NCBI RefSeq assembly: GCF_021028975.2
Contig: NC_059432.1
Location: 64,976,001 to 65,040,000 of the forward strand
Source of the DNA: Sphaerodactylus townsendi
Lineage: Eukaryota
DNA: 64,000 bases
Direction of reading: 5' to 3'
Shown piece after piece: positions 1 through 15,168 of the stretch (its first letter is position 1; every line of letters begins with the position of its first letter). The notes beneath the pieces are model-generated. The model searched no databases, had not been told where the DNA came from, and saw nothing but the letters and a program-made list of their open reading frames with translations. Both the position numbers and the translations under genes were made by a program.

Positions 1-125
1 ACTTGCCCCTCGCCCTTTTGCAATTCTTGGACCCCGCCTCCTGGGGACGGCCTCAGCACAGGCCAGGCTGTGGGACAAGGTCTCCCGAAGGCAACCCTGG
101 CAGTTGCCGAGCGAGGGTCGAGACG

Positions 126-3100
126 ATGCAAGTCCCCCGGATCCCGCCCCTTCGTTGGTCAAGAAGCCTTTGCAGGCGCCTCAGTGGGCCTGGGATAAGG
201 GGCGCTCCTAGGAGGTTCGGCGCTGTGGCTGGGGGAAGCGGTGGGCGGCTGGACCTGCGCGGCATCTACCCACCCCTGACGACCCCCTTCACCTCGCAAG
301 GAGAGGTGGATTATGTCCGTTTGGAGGAGAACGTGCGTCTTTACGATAAGGTTCCCTTCCGAGGTAAGATCGGCAGGCAGGGCTGGTGGGGTCCTTCGAG
401 AAGGCCAATGCAGCAGAAGACCCGGGAGCCTTTCGTTGCTTGCAACAGACTCATGGGGCTACTCCTCGGGAATTAAAACAGGAACCCCCGGGAACTACTC
501 CCGCCCCCCCCCCCCGACCGCCGTCACACACCTTTGCAAGTGCACAACTATGCTCGCTGTAAACTCTCTCTTGAAAGTCAGTCGGTCCAGACCACTGTTC
601 ATTCCTCTGCCTGGCGCTCTCCTATAAAACACAACCTTGACAAGTAGCTCCAAGTCTTTCTAAGGTCCATGTCTGGAAGAAATTCAACAGACACTGTTTT
701 GTTTCACCTTTTGAATTCTGCCTGTCCTGCTGCCGGGACCAGCACAAGAGCCTCTGTTGAGAACAGGTGGCAATTATTGTCTGAATACACCTAAGGCATC
801 TGTCAGCCTAGGGAGGACAAACACAGCATCTAATAGAATAATGGTTCTGGTGGGTTTTCTGGGCTGTGTGGCCGTGGTCTGGTAGATCTAGTTTCGCCTG
901 CATCTGTGGCTGGCATCTTCAGAGGTGTATCACAGAGAAAAATCTGTGTGAACAGACTTCCCTCTGTGATACACCTCTGAAGATGCCAGCCACAGATGCA
1001 GGCGAAACATTAGGAACAAGATCTACCAGACCACAGCCACACAGCCCGGAAAACCCACCAGAACCAGTTGAATCCGCCTGTGAAAGCCTTCAACAATACA
1101 TTAATAGAATAATCTTTAGATGCAGTGTTGCAGTTTCAATTACAGCTGTGGCTTTAAAAGCTAGAAAAAGGGAACTTTGCTGTGTTGAATCTTGCAACTG
1201 GATTCTTTCCAACAGACAGAATGCTGAACTAGCAACTGAACTGTCTTCAAAGATACCTTGCCTGCCTGCCTGCCTGGACTTTGGGCTCATTTTCTGCTCT
1301 GCAGGAGATGTACAGTTAGGGGGAGGAGCCTGCCCCCAAATAATGCCCTTCTCGTTCTCATCTGTCCCCTCCTAAAATATCCTTGGTCGTGCCTTCTCCA
1401 TATTTGGTTCCCAACTTTCCTTGACACTGTTCCTTTCTTCAATAACAGTTGTGCACAGATCGAGTAGCACTATTTCTCTTCCAGCTATTGAGGATAGGGG
1501 TGCAGCCACACACTGGGAGACAGGAGTACCATGGCTGCACGACTGAGCAACTGATATAGCTATCTTGCATTGAGCTGCTTTTCTGGCACTGTGGCTGTAC
1601 CAGTTCTGGTGACTCAGTATCACAACAGGGACTTTAGAGCGCACAAGAACGACATCTGTTTTTTTGCAGGTTTTGTGGCGCAGGGCTCCACTGGAGAGGC
1701 CCCCTACTTGACACAGCAGGAACGTCTGGAAGTGGTGAGACGATTACGACAAGCTGTGTCCAAGGAAAAACTGCTGCTTGCTGGGTCCGGATGTGAAAGT
1801 GAGCAGTGTGGGCCTGGGATCATCAGCCTCTAGTTCCATCATGGCCTGAAGGATTGAAGATGGCTCTAGGGTTGGGAACTGACCCTATGTGGATCTTGTT
1901 TGAGTGGGACCTAATTCTGCTAATCTGACAGGCCCCATCCTCTGACTCGATAGGCTCCTAAAACCCCGATCCTCATGAGATCTTTGAAATTCATCCTTGC
2001 TATAACCTCCTTCCTCTTCCCCCAGCAACTCGGGGCTCTATTGAAATGACAGCACAAGTGGCTGATAAAGGGGCTGATGCTGCTCTTGTGGTGACTCCCT
2101 GCTATTACCAAGGGAGCATGACCAGCGCTGCCTTGATCCATCATTACACAGAGGTAAAGAATGGGAAGAGTCAGTGCTAGGACTGTGAACTGGGATTTGA
2201 GAGGAAGTCCGTAGTGGGCTGAGGAGGCTGTTTACTGATAAGTCATTAGGGGCACTTGTTTTTGTATGTTTATTTCAAGCAAAGTAGAAAGGCTGCAAAT
2301 GAATGCTTTTAATTTTTCTGAACTTCAATTTCTGTTTTGCAGCCTGAATTAATTAGGGTTTTTTCAGACGCTCCTGTGCTTCCTTGGTTTACACAGCATA
2401 GCTTCACCAGTCCAGAAAGCGTGGATTGTATAGACAGTAGAATTCTGAGAATCTAGGAAGGAGTGCATTTGATCAATATCTGCCGTGAATTTTAGATGTG
2501 GTCACGTTTTCTGTTTGTTCAAGCAGTTGTGATCCCATTGCAACATTTGGCCTTATAATGTATGTTTGCTTTCTTTTTACATCCATAATTATTAGGACAG
2601 GGCAAGGTGTAAATCATAATGAATAAATACATGCATTGGTTCCTCCAAGTGTTGTTCCTTCTCAGTGGGAACAGTGAGGCTGATTCTCTAGGGCTGATTC
2701 CGCATGGGCCAAAAACAGCAGTATGAAAACGGTGTGAAAATGGCGTAAAAGGGTTTAAAACGCTGTAAAAGGGTTTATACTGTTTTCACACCGCTGTTTT
2801 TGGCCCGTGCGGAATCAGCCTAGCTTATGAGGAATCATTCACAGGCAGTTAAAAATTTTCCCCAGGTCAAAGTACCCCTGTGGTAGCCTGGCAGAAAGTG
2901 ACAGAAATTCCTACTATACTTTGCTGTGTTGGAAAATAAGCATTCTGGCCCACTCAGAGGAACAAAGGCCATATGATAATCCCACCACTTTCATACAAAC
3001 AAGAGTACCAGTGAGGGAAAATCACCCTTGCCCAAGACTATATAAATTCAGTCTGTCAAGCTTTTCTCTTTCTTCTTCACTTCCTTTCCCTCGTGTGTTT

Positions 3101-6100
3101 TGTCTTTTTATATTCTAAGCCTGAGAGGCATTCTCTCTTTGTGAATGTAAGTCACTTCAGGATACAATTTTCAGAAACTAGGCTATCAATACAACAGATA
3201 GATATTTTACAGTCCTACTAAAATTTCACATGTAGCATCACAGGCTTTCACTAGTGGAATCAACTGGCTATAATGGGATTTCTGGGCTGTGTGGCCATAG
3301 TCTGGTAGTTTTTGCATCTATGGCTGGAATCTTCAGAAGCATGTCACAGTAAGATTTGTTTCTCTCTCTGACATGCCTCTGAAGTTGCCAGTCATAGATG
3401 CAGGTGAAATGTTAGGAGCAAAAACTACCAGATCATGGCCACACAGCCCAGAAAACTCACAGCAGCCAGAAATTTCACACTTAATTGTTCTGCATTCTGC
3501 TGAAGATGAAACGCATGAGACACTTCTCAAAGCAGATAATGCTGACTAATAAATGCACAGTAACAAACAGTGACTGTACTTGTAGAAACTGCCACATCAG
3601 GGGAACGGCAGGTGGGAGAATGAGACTTCTACTGTGTTAAGGGGGAAGGGTTTGCAAATCCTTTGTGACAAGACTTTCTGAAGAGTAGCTTGTTGGGAAC
3701 TTCTCATTTCATGTATAAAAGGCATGGATTGTTTCATTCTAATGCACTATTTTGTATCCCCCCCCCCCAGGTGGCTGAAGCATCTCCAATCCCTGTGATA
3801 CTCTACAGTGTCCCAGCCAATACGGGTCTGGAGATTCCTGATGACGTGGTGCTCACCCTGGCACAGCACCCCAATATTGTGGGAATCAAAGATAGTGGTG
3901 GCAATGTGAGTGAAAGGTGGGGAGACACACTCTCAGGTGATGCTGCCCAGGAGGTTTAATTGCACCCTGGGGTGATGATGGGCATCCTGACTTGAGGACC
4001 TGCCATCATTTGAGAGATGAAAGTTGGAGTTCCTGTTATCTTAAGTAAGCAAATGGTTTGCTGGAGAATCTAGAGACCTGCCAATTTTCCTTGATCTCAG
4101 ATGCTGAAATATTAACTTTGAAGTAATAATTTTCAAGTGACCCAGAAGGGACATTTAAGGCACAGTAAGAGGGCAGCTTCCTACTCTCTTGGTAGTGCTT
4201 TTGTATTACGATATGATGCTTTGGTTTTATCTCCCTTGAGTCTTGATGATTACAAGTCTGTAGACTTTTCCCAGCCCAGAATGCCAGCTGTAGGCCTTTC
4301 AGTGCCTTTTCCCATTAAAAGCATTGATTACACTTTTCCTCTCTTCTTACTGGAAGAGCATGGCTGTTTATGTGTCGTTCTCAGGTGATCTCTTATCCAC
4401 GACCTCACCAAGCTGAGCATTACCGATCTGACATCATCGTGTGACCCTTGGCCACTCTCTGCTTAGAACTGTGGGCCCTTCTTCTTGTTTGGTAGTACAA
4501 AATGCAATTACAGTCTTAAGTCAGTGAAATGAAACAAAAAGAGCCAAAGGGCCAAACTAACCCTCATGGCCACCACAAGGATGGTGCTGTCATTTCAAAG
4601 TGATTTAAAAATACCCAAGGGCCTGATCCTGATTGGGCCTGCAGTACACTGCTTTTGTCCTCACTTCTGACTTTTCAAGTTCTGTAAGAGCAAGAAGGTG
4701 CACTTGACAAGGTGTGGAGGGTGATAACAAGTGTGCCTCAGCCTGCTCCTGATTGGGCCCTCATAGCATTTTAAAATCACCTGTGGTCGCCATGAGGCTG
4801 CAATCATGTTTAGTTTGGCCCAATGATGTCTCACCTGGGAGGCTGACTTTTTTTCAAGGATAAAGACAAGCCTAGTAGACTACAAGAAAAAGCACAAGAA
4901 ACTGAAAAAGCAATCTCTATACAAAGAAGGGAGCATTAGTCAATATAAATAATTGTTTCTATTATATCTGTCCGATGATCATGCTGGCCCTAGTAGATGT
5001 TGTTATATTTACTGCACAGTCTAAGCTCCTGGCGTAATTTGAACATTGGCACCCCAGTGTGTTCTCTTTCTCACTATCCCAGAAATCCCTCCTTTTTTCA
5101 CCAGATTACCCGCTTGGGGCTGCTTGTCCATAAAACGAAGAATGAAAACTTCCAGGTCCTGGCGGGATCAGCTGGTTTTCTGCTGGCCAGTTTCATTGTA
5201 GGTAGGTAATATGAAGGAAGTTCACCTCCATATGAGGCTGTCTTGCAGAAAGTAAATAGATATATTGGGAAGGAACAAAGGAGGATGTGTTGGAATTTTT
5301 GAAGATAGTGAGCCAATATCTCAAAATTCCTACTCCATAACATCTCTGCAATAGAATATGTAGGAAGTTTTACGAGATACACCAGTAGGAGATATACCAG
5401 TGTGGAAATCACAACTTTTGTTCCACTAGTTTGAAGATAGCTGAATGAGAATACTCATTGTTTTGTGGGTGCAAGTGGGGTACAAAGATGTGCTTCTAGT
5501 GAATGGATGTTCTTTTTTATTGGCTCTGCTCCAGGTGCTGTTGGCGGAATCTGTGCCCTTGCCAATGTGCTTGGTACACCTCTTTGTCAACTTGAGAGTT
5601 TGTGCTTTTCTGGAAGTTGGGACAAGGCCTGTGAACTGCAGCACAGACTGATTGAGCCAAATGCAGCAGTAAGAGCGACAGTACCTGGGGGGGTGGGGGG
5701 ATGACTGGAGTTGGAACACAACTGTATTGCCAAACTATAGGAAGGGAAGCAGTTGGCTTCTGTCAGATGAAAATGGAGACCAAGGAAAGGCCATTTTTTG
5801 CATTCCCCCCACGCCCTGGCCCCATTTACAGCCTCTCAGAAGCCACCCCCCCTATTGGAGGCTGTGCCTGCCTTGCTCGTGCAGGCACGGCTTCCAGTGG
5901 AGGTGGGGGGCCCCGGCAGCAGCTAACACTGGGTCAGGAGCCTGCTGCCAGGCCGCCCCCCCTCCATTGGAGGCTATGCCTGCTTGAAGGAGGCAGGTGT
6001 GGCCTTCAATAGAGGGGGGGCCCCCCTGGCAGCTTTGGGGGAGTGATTTTGTGCCCTTTCCCATGTGATCAAATGGGTGGCACCTGGGGACATGTGACCC

Positions 6101-9100
6101 CACATGTTTCTCTGGCAGATCCGCCCCTGACTTCTGTGGTGATTTGTTCTTCAGAGACTGAGGCAAGGATAAGGAGACCTGTCTTACCCTTCCATGCTCT
6201 TGGAAGAACATCTCCTGTGAACTAGGCACTGCATGCACCCTACAACCAAATCAGTGACATGACCAGGTAGTGGCCAAGAGTTGGGTATGTGACCTCTTGG
6301 TTCATCTTCAACAACTCTGAACTTTATCCCCTTTTATTTCTGACAGCCAGAAGATTGGGTAGCTTTGACCATAATATTTTGAGGGTCCTTCATTGCATTT
6401 TTCCAAATCTTGGACAAACATGTTTTAGAATCATGAACATTTATTTTTTGCCATTCTATATAATCTCCATTTTAATATTTACCCCCTCTCCCAAAATCCA
6501 GGACTTCTCCATGAGTCATTCCACAACAGGCAAAGAATCAACTCAGTGGAAAAATACTTATATCTAATGTCTAATATCCCAGATTCAAGTCCTGACACCT
6601 ATAATTAAAGGCACCAGGTAGCAGCATTGAGAAGACCCTCTACTTGAAATCCTAGTGGGTGCCTGTCTGTCAAAACTGAACTGCATTGTCAGAAGGACAA
6701 TGGCCTGATGCAGAATGTGGCAATTTCTTATATTATTGTTCTAGTAATGCTAATCCTAAATCAGGGGTCCCTAATCTTTTTGAGCCTGTGGGCACATTTG
6801 GAATTCTAACACAGGAGGTGGATGTAACTGTACAATGGCCACCAAGGCAGGCAGAACCAGTCATAAAATGGCTGCCAAAAAGAGGCACAGTCAACCACAA
6901 AATGGCTGCCATAAGAGGCAGAACCAACTATAAAACATCAAGGAGTGAGGTCATGCATATCAGTAACTCTTCGACATTTCAGTCAGAAGTTCTGCCCAAA
7001 GGATGAATTTAAAAATGAATGTTATTTGTTGCACCTTTGTTGCACAATACATGTTATTTGTTGCACGATACAGGTCTATAAAAACCATGTTATTTGTTGC
7101 ACAATTTAGGTCTATAAAAACTAGGACAAAGAGGCTTAGAGACAGCTTCTACTCTAGAGCTGTGGCTATGCTGAACTCCATGGCTTTGTGTTGATGTGTT
7201 TGGGGCTGGGTAGGGATGGGTGGAGGAAGGGGGAAGTGAGGATGGGGTATGAAATTGTGTGCATCGAGGAATGCTGCTGTAAATTTCATTGTGCGTGCAC
7301 AATGACAATAAAATGCTTATGCTTATGCTTTTGCTACATTTTATTGCATGTAGACAGTTGACATTCAGTAATACACTGAAGATCTTTGTGCTGTGGTGGC
7401 AGCTGCTATTGAAGAACTTTTTAAAAATTAAAGCCTGCAATAGCTAATTAAAAGTCCTATTGGACAAAAGCCTTAGCTGGCCTCACCCACTTTCCTAGGT
7501 GCTAGGAGAGGTGCTGAAAGGCACCATGAGCACCACACTGCTAGGAGAGGTGCTGAAAGGCACCATGAGCGCCACAAATTGTCTCCGGGCGCTGCCCCCC
7601 GTGGGCAGGGCTACGCTCCCCTTGCTGCAGCCCCATCCCCACGCCTCTGCCTTATAAGCACTGTGGCCATGCCTCCCCAAGCCTCACCCCCGGCCTCAGT
7701 GCTTATAAAAGCACCTCTCTGAGGACGGGGACCGCAGTCTGTACAGGCCTGCATGGGAGGGCAGAGCAGAAGGGACTGCCAGCTGCTGGCTGGGAGCCCA
7801 GCCAGCAGGGGGGCGGGGGGGCTGAGTGTGGGGGGCAGGGCAAGTGCCGAAGCCTGGCTCCACCCTCCCACTGCCATCTTCCTGGTCATGTGGGGGGCCG
7901 ATTTTGCACCCTGTGACCAGAAGTGTGGTGCCTAGGCAAATATGCCACTGCCCCTATTCTACACCATATTCATTCTGACAGATTGCTTGATTGCATATTG
8001 TTATCTCAAAATGTATGTTAGTGGAGTATGATGTTCCACATAACTATCTAAATTTAGACTGGGTCTAAACAAAACTGCTGAATCTTAGCACCTACCTTAC
8101 CCCTGTGCTTGACATTCTCTGACCACAGATATTTCCATGATGGTAGAAAGTTTACTGACTGTTTCAGTTACTTCCAAATTCTGTGAGCTTAGAATGGGGT
8201 AGCACTTGTATGAAAAGGGATTCATGCATACCTCCTTTCAATTATTGGCCTTGCAGTAATTTTTGATGGAGTTTACTGTACTGAGAAGCGGCTAACACAC
8301 TGATTAAAAGAGTAAAAGGAAAATGTTTATTAGGAACTACATTTAGGATAGGAAAGATAGCATGCTGTTAACTTGCTAGCTAGGAAGAGTCTCAGAAAAG
8401 ACTCCGAAAAGAAGCAGGATATTAGACCTAAGAGTATCAGTCTAAGGCAGTGGTGGCGAACCTATGGCACAGGTGCCAGAGGTGGCACTCAGAGCCCTCT
8501 CTGTGGGCACGCACAAAAAGAGTCGCCCCCCCCCCCCTCCACACCTAGGCTGGCGAGGGCTGCTGGGCTCGATTATTAGCATTAAACCTAAGACCTAGTT
8601 TTGGGGAAGCAGTGTAGGTAACCCAGTTAAGCGCTGTTAAACCCCACTGATTTTCATGTGAAGAACTGAAGTGCGATCCTTTTCCTGGGAGTAAGCTTGG
8701 TTGCTGGCAATGAGGCTTGCTTCTGAGTAAACCCTCCTAGGGTCGTGATTCAACCATTGGAAGAGTTGCATGGTTGCTTCAAAGCAAAGCCACCGACTAC
8801 CACCAAGCTTACCCCCGAGTAACGCACGCCTCAGAGCCAACCTTTTTTTCTAAGCTAAAACCTCAGTATTCAGGTTAAATTGCCGTGTTGGCACTCTGCG
8901 ATAAATAAGTGGATTTTGGATTGCAATTTGGGCACTCGGTCTCGAAAAGGTTCGCCATCACTGGTCTAAGGACAGACAAGAGGTGACACAAAAGGACGAA
9001 GGGGTCACTAACTTTTCAGACCTCTCTAGCTGACCACTTGTCTGCCCCCTGCTGGCTCTTCTTCTCACTTCCTGGGCATATTAGACATTGCTACAGCCAA

Positions 9101-9285
9101 CAATTTTCAAATTCTCATACTTTCTGTTCCCACAGGTGACTCGCAAATTTGGAATCCCAGGCCTTAAGCAGGCCATGGAATGGTTTGGTTACTATGGAGG
9201 TCTCTGTCGTGCCCCTTTGCTCCCATTAAGCAAGACACAAGTGACGGAGCTGCACCAGGATTTCACCTCTAATGGCTGGCTGTGA
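126..9285 (+). CDS. HOGA1: 4-hydroxy-2-oxoglutarate aldolase 1, mitochondrial (7 coding exons, 336 aa)
   Basis: Exons 126-363, 1670-1798, 2026-2153, 3771-3905, 5105-5201, 5535-5668, 9136-9285, all with GT-AG boundaries and consistent phases (1011 nt). Contains DHDPS-family motifs [31 protein letters not shown] and the Schiff-base GIKDSGG, ends FTSNGWL, and has an Arg-rich N-terminal transit peptide. Confidence 0.97.
842..1100. mobile_element. Penelope-like element fragment forming an inverted repeat (palindrome), HOGA1 intron 1
   Basis: Arms ~843-937 and ~963-1067 are reverse complements. Contains cctCTGAAGAtgccagccacagatgcaggcGAAAc, the terminal sequence typical of squamate Penelope elements. 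Confidence 0.75.
2692..2820. mobile_element. PIF/Harbinger-type MITE
   Basis: TIRs GGCTGATTCCGCA...TGCGGAATCAGCC, 3-bp TSD TAG (2689-2691 and 2821-2823), palindromic body. Confidence 0.8.
3240..3469. mobile_element. Degenerate Penelope-like palindromic fragment
   Basis: Same sequence family as 842-1100, with inverted arms (ctgggctgtgtggcc...ggccacacagcccag). Confidence 0.65.
7065..7330 (+). mobile_element. 3' end of a non-LTR retrotransposon (Rex1/Babar-like)
   Basis: Translates [21 protein letters not shown], an ORF2 C-terminal motif of the Rex1/Babar type, followed by AATAAA and a (TGCTTA)n tail. Confidence 0.6.
7500..7575. repeat. Two-copy ~39-bp tandem duplication
   Basis: tgctaggagaggtgctgaaaggcaccatgagc occurs twice in tandem. 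Confidence 0.85.
8448..8963. mobile_element. Non-autonomous hAT DNA transposon (hAT1-like termini), HOGA1 intron 6
   Basis: TIRs CAGTGGTGGCGAACCT...AGGTTCGCCATCACTG and a perfect 8-bp TSD GTCTAAGG (8440-8447 and 8964-8971). Confidence 0.9.
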
Positions 9286-10313
9286 AGAAGAAAGCCATTC
9301 CATATAATAGTTGGAACCTTGAGATAGTCTGTAGGGGTTAGGCATCAGTTGACACACTCCTTGCAAATGAGTAAAACACAGCTAATTCAACCTACAGTGT
9401 ATTCACTGGTGTGTCTGAAAGACCAAATGCTACACCAGCAGTAAAACAAAGGAAGGAAACTTTCATAACAGAGTTTGAAATGCTGTTTTTCATGGTCTTT
9501 CTTCATACTGGCTTTTTCTTTCGCTGCTTGCAATCTTCAAATACTTTCTGAGCAGAGGCAATAATTTCTGGCATATATATTATGGTGACTGTTCTCCAAT
9601 ACATTTCCCCTAGCCCTGCCCAAGAAAGGTTCTTTAGCTGAACAGAGGTTGTGATGCAACATTCCCAACTGTTGTGACCTACCGGGCCAAAACAAAATTG
9701 GTTTGATCTCTGAGCGCATGGTTAACTGAAGGCAGAGGACTGGCTGGTTAAGCACCCGTTAATGATAAAACATCTGAATTTTATACCCAGTACTGCTTTA
9801 TGAAACTGACCCTTTGTTGTCCCCAATCCCCAATGAGAAAGGTTGCCCTTACAGGATGGGAATGAGACTTAAGAAAAAATTATTTTCCACATTAAAAAAT
9901 ATTCTGTTGTCTACCCATTACATTGATAATGGTACATTCCAGTTAGAAGAGAAAAGGAAGGCTTGGTTAGATTACTGCAAGACAGAGGTGCTCATTAAAG
10001 GAAAACAGCAGCACAACATTGCCTGGAAAAGTTATTACTTTAATATTGGCACTGCCAAGTATGTTCATGGCAGGTGATCCACAGCAGTGGAAAAGCAGTT
10101 CGTGGCCATGTAGCTTTCCATCTTAATGCCATATACCAAACTGAACCAATGCCCAATTGTCTACTCTACAGTATCATGAAGGCAAAACCCAAGCTCAATA
10201 TTCATTTAGATTTTTAGGATTACAGAGATAATTTATGAGAAGTGCTTTGAAATTCAAGAATTGTATAATTATTATTATTCAGAGAGACCAGGAGGTTTCC
10301 CTTTTCCAAATTT

Positions 10314-10610
10314 AAGAAGAAGAAGAAGAGTTTGGATTTATACCCCCCTTTCTCTCCTGTAAGGAGACTCAAAGGGGCTTACAATCTCCTTTCCCCTCCT
10401 CTCCCCACAACAAACACTCTGTGTGGTGGGTGAGGCTGAGAGAGATCCAAAGAACTGTGACTAGCCCAAGATCACCCAGCTGGAATGTGTTGGAGTGCAC
10501 AAGCTAATCTGGTTCACCAGATAAGTTTCTACAGCGCAAGTGGCAGAGTGGGAAATCAAACCTGGTACCCCAGATTAGAGTGCACCTGCTCTTAACTGCT
10601 ACATCACAAG
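10314..10610 (-). mobile_element. tRNA-derived SINE with L2-type tail (Squam3-like)
   Basis: On the minus strand: tRNA-like head with A and B boxes, and a tail ...gggtataaatccaaactcttcttcttc ending in (TTC)n. Confidence 0.7.
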
Positions 10611-12811
10611 CATTGTAGGCAGGTTGATACATCTTCCCAGGTGGAGGGGTGGGAAGACAGACCTCAGTGGCCATCACAGCACACATGCATAAAATGGCTG
10701 TTCACAATTTTTAGTGGCAACAGCTTTTGTATGCAACCTTGTTTGAGTTGTTCACCTTGAATGCATCTTCCCCTGATCGGTCCACCGCTCTTCCCAACAC
10801 TTGCAGCAGGAAAAAGACATAGAGGCAAAAAAAATCCAGCAACTCTTTATTTGGCCAACGCCCATACATGGGCAGAGACAGAAAGGCACGAGGGTGGCAT
10901 TGACATGCAGACATTCAGTGTGGAGGTGGGCTGGTCACACAGGCTCCAGCATGGCACTTAGGGACCATGCGGGTCAGTCCTTGGCTAAGGACGCCCCCAC
11001 TCTCAAGACAATCCCATGGTTGATTCTAGTGCACACAAACATGAAGTGGCTGCACAGAAACAGAGTAGCTTTTCAAGGACCATTCAATTCCAACTCTCCC
11101 CCCCCCCCCGCCCGCTATTCACTTTCAATCTTACCTGCTGTCCACCCACAACTGATTTATCCCAGCTATTACCCCAGCCCTGCATTTCCATTCAGCCTGC
11201 ATCTCTAAGAAGGATCCTACTAGAAGACTTCCACAGCGTAGTTTGCCCTTATGATTTAGGGGTGAACTGCAATCTCCAAACTGTACATTAATGTAACTTG
11301 TCCTGCTAGACTCCACTATTTCCCTATCTCACCCATCAAAATGCTGTTAAGGATTGGGGGGAAGGAGCTCAGGATGATTATCTTAGAAGGGTTTCATGCT
11401 GCTCAAAATTACACTGCCTATATGGAAATGACAATCAATTTGGACCCAACGAGCAAAATGGGGATAGAGATCACCTAGGTTGGGGATGTGCAGGTCCATG
11501 CACATGCCATAGTTCTGTGACTGTATTACAGAATTCAGTTTTTGGAGAATCTCGGCTCTGTTAAAGCAAAATTCCAACTGTTCAGGCTACAAAAACAAGC
11601 TAAAATACCAGTGGACAATGCCTGATAAACTCTGAGAAGCCAGAGAAAGAGGGATGGGAGGGGTGCATAAGACCTCTGGCAGGCTCTAGCCTTCTATCAA
11701 ATTATTTGCTTTTTCTCATGAGTATAAAAGCAGCACATGCAAAATAACCAGCTTTGTGCATATTTGTTATTTTGTATAATCAATGCCGTTTACCATACAC
11801 GGACTTTCTTGGCCAGGATTTTCATTTTTTAAAAGTGCACTATACACACAGCCCTGCCTATGTTACACTACAGTGCACGGATGCCATGAAACTGCTCTGG
11901 AGGCAAAATGGATGCCTTCCCTCTGCTGCCTTGAGATCAAATCACTTAACATAAGGAAAGGCTGCTGTTAACCCAAGGAGAAACTGAAATACTGTAAAAG
12001 GACTCACATCAACAGAACCAGAAGAAACCTACAGCAAACAGTGAAAAGGGGTCCCAGATTCACTCTGGAGCCTGAACGATGGATAAAAATGAGGGCAGGT
12101 ATTGTAGCTCAAGCTTCCTTCCCTCTGCTGATCTAAAAGGTTGGGGGAAAGGCACATTTCAGCAGGTCTAGAATTCTACTCACAGATCAATTTTCCTTTT
12201 TGCATTTCTTTGTTTTTGACACAGACTGAGCCTCATGAGCGGAGAAAAGGGGAGGACAGAAGGCAAGTGAGACCTAGAGGACTTAGGAAGGGAACAGATG
12301 CTTTGCTAAATGCAAGTTCCAACTCTGACACTAAAGGCCAATCCAGCTAAGTCACAACCTCCCAGCTGCACTGGTCTTAAAATGAGGAAAGATGTAAACT
12401 AACCTTATGCATTCTCATAGTGTACATTAACAAGTCACTCCTGCCCTACTAGGGGGCAAGAGGGTACAAATTCAGCAACCCTCACTGCCCATCATGGCTG
12501 TGAGAATTTAGCACTAGCAGACCTTCTATGGAGAATGCTCTCAGCAAAGGGAATGTCACTGCCTCAGGACTGGCAGACCCTTTGTCTGCAAGGGTGGTTC
12601 TGTAACTGCAGTTTGGCAACAAAGCACACTATGACGGCCAAGCTGTTTTAAGAGAGTGATCCAAGCAGGCTGTCCAGCTATGCAGAGCTGGGTTGGGATC
12701 ATCTACCTTCAAGAGATGGTATTTGTCTCTGTAATTTCTACACTCCACATTCCTCCCAGCCCAGCTTCATGGGAGAGACCCAGAAGTAGGGCTACTTAAG
12801 AATTTGCCCCA

Positions 12812-15168
<2,357 letters not shown>

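Noticed and set aside
1681-1698. HOGA1 active-site loop reads GSTGE rather than human GSNGE
   Set aside because: Thr at this position is common in the DHDPS family and, from memory, in other vertebrate HOGA1 orthologs; not evidence of changed function.
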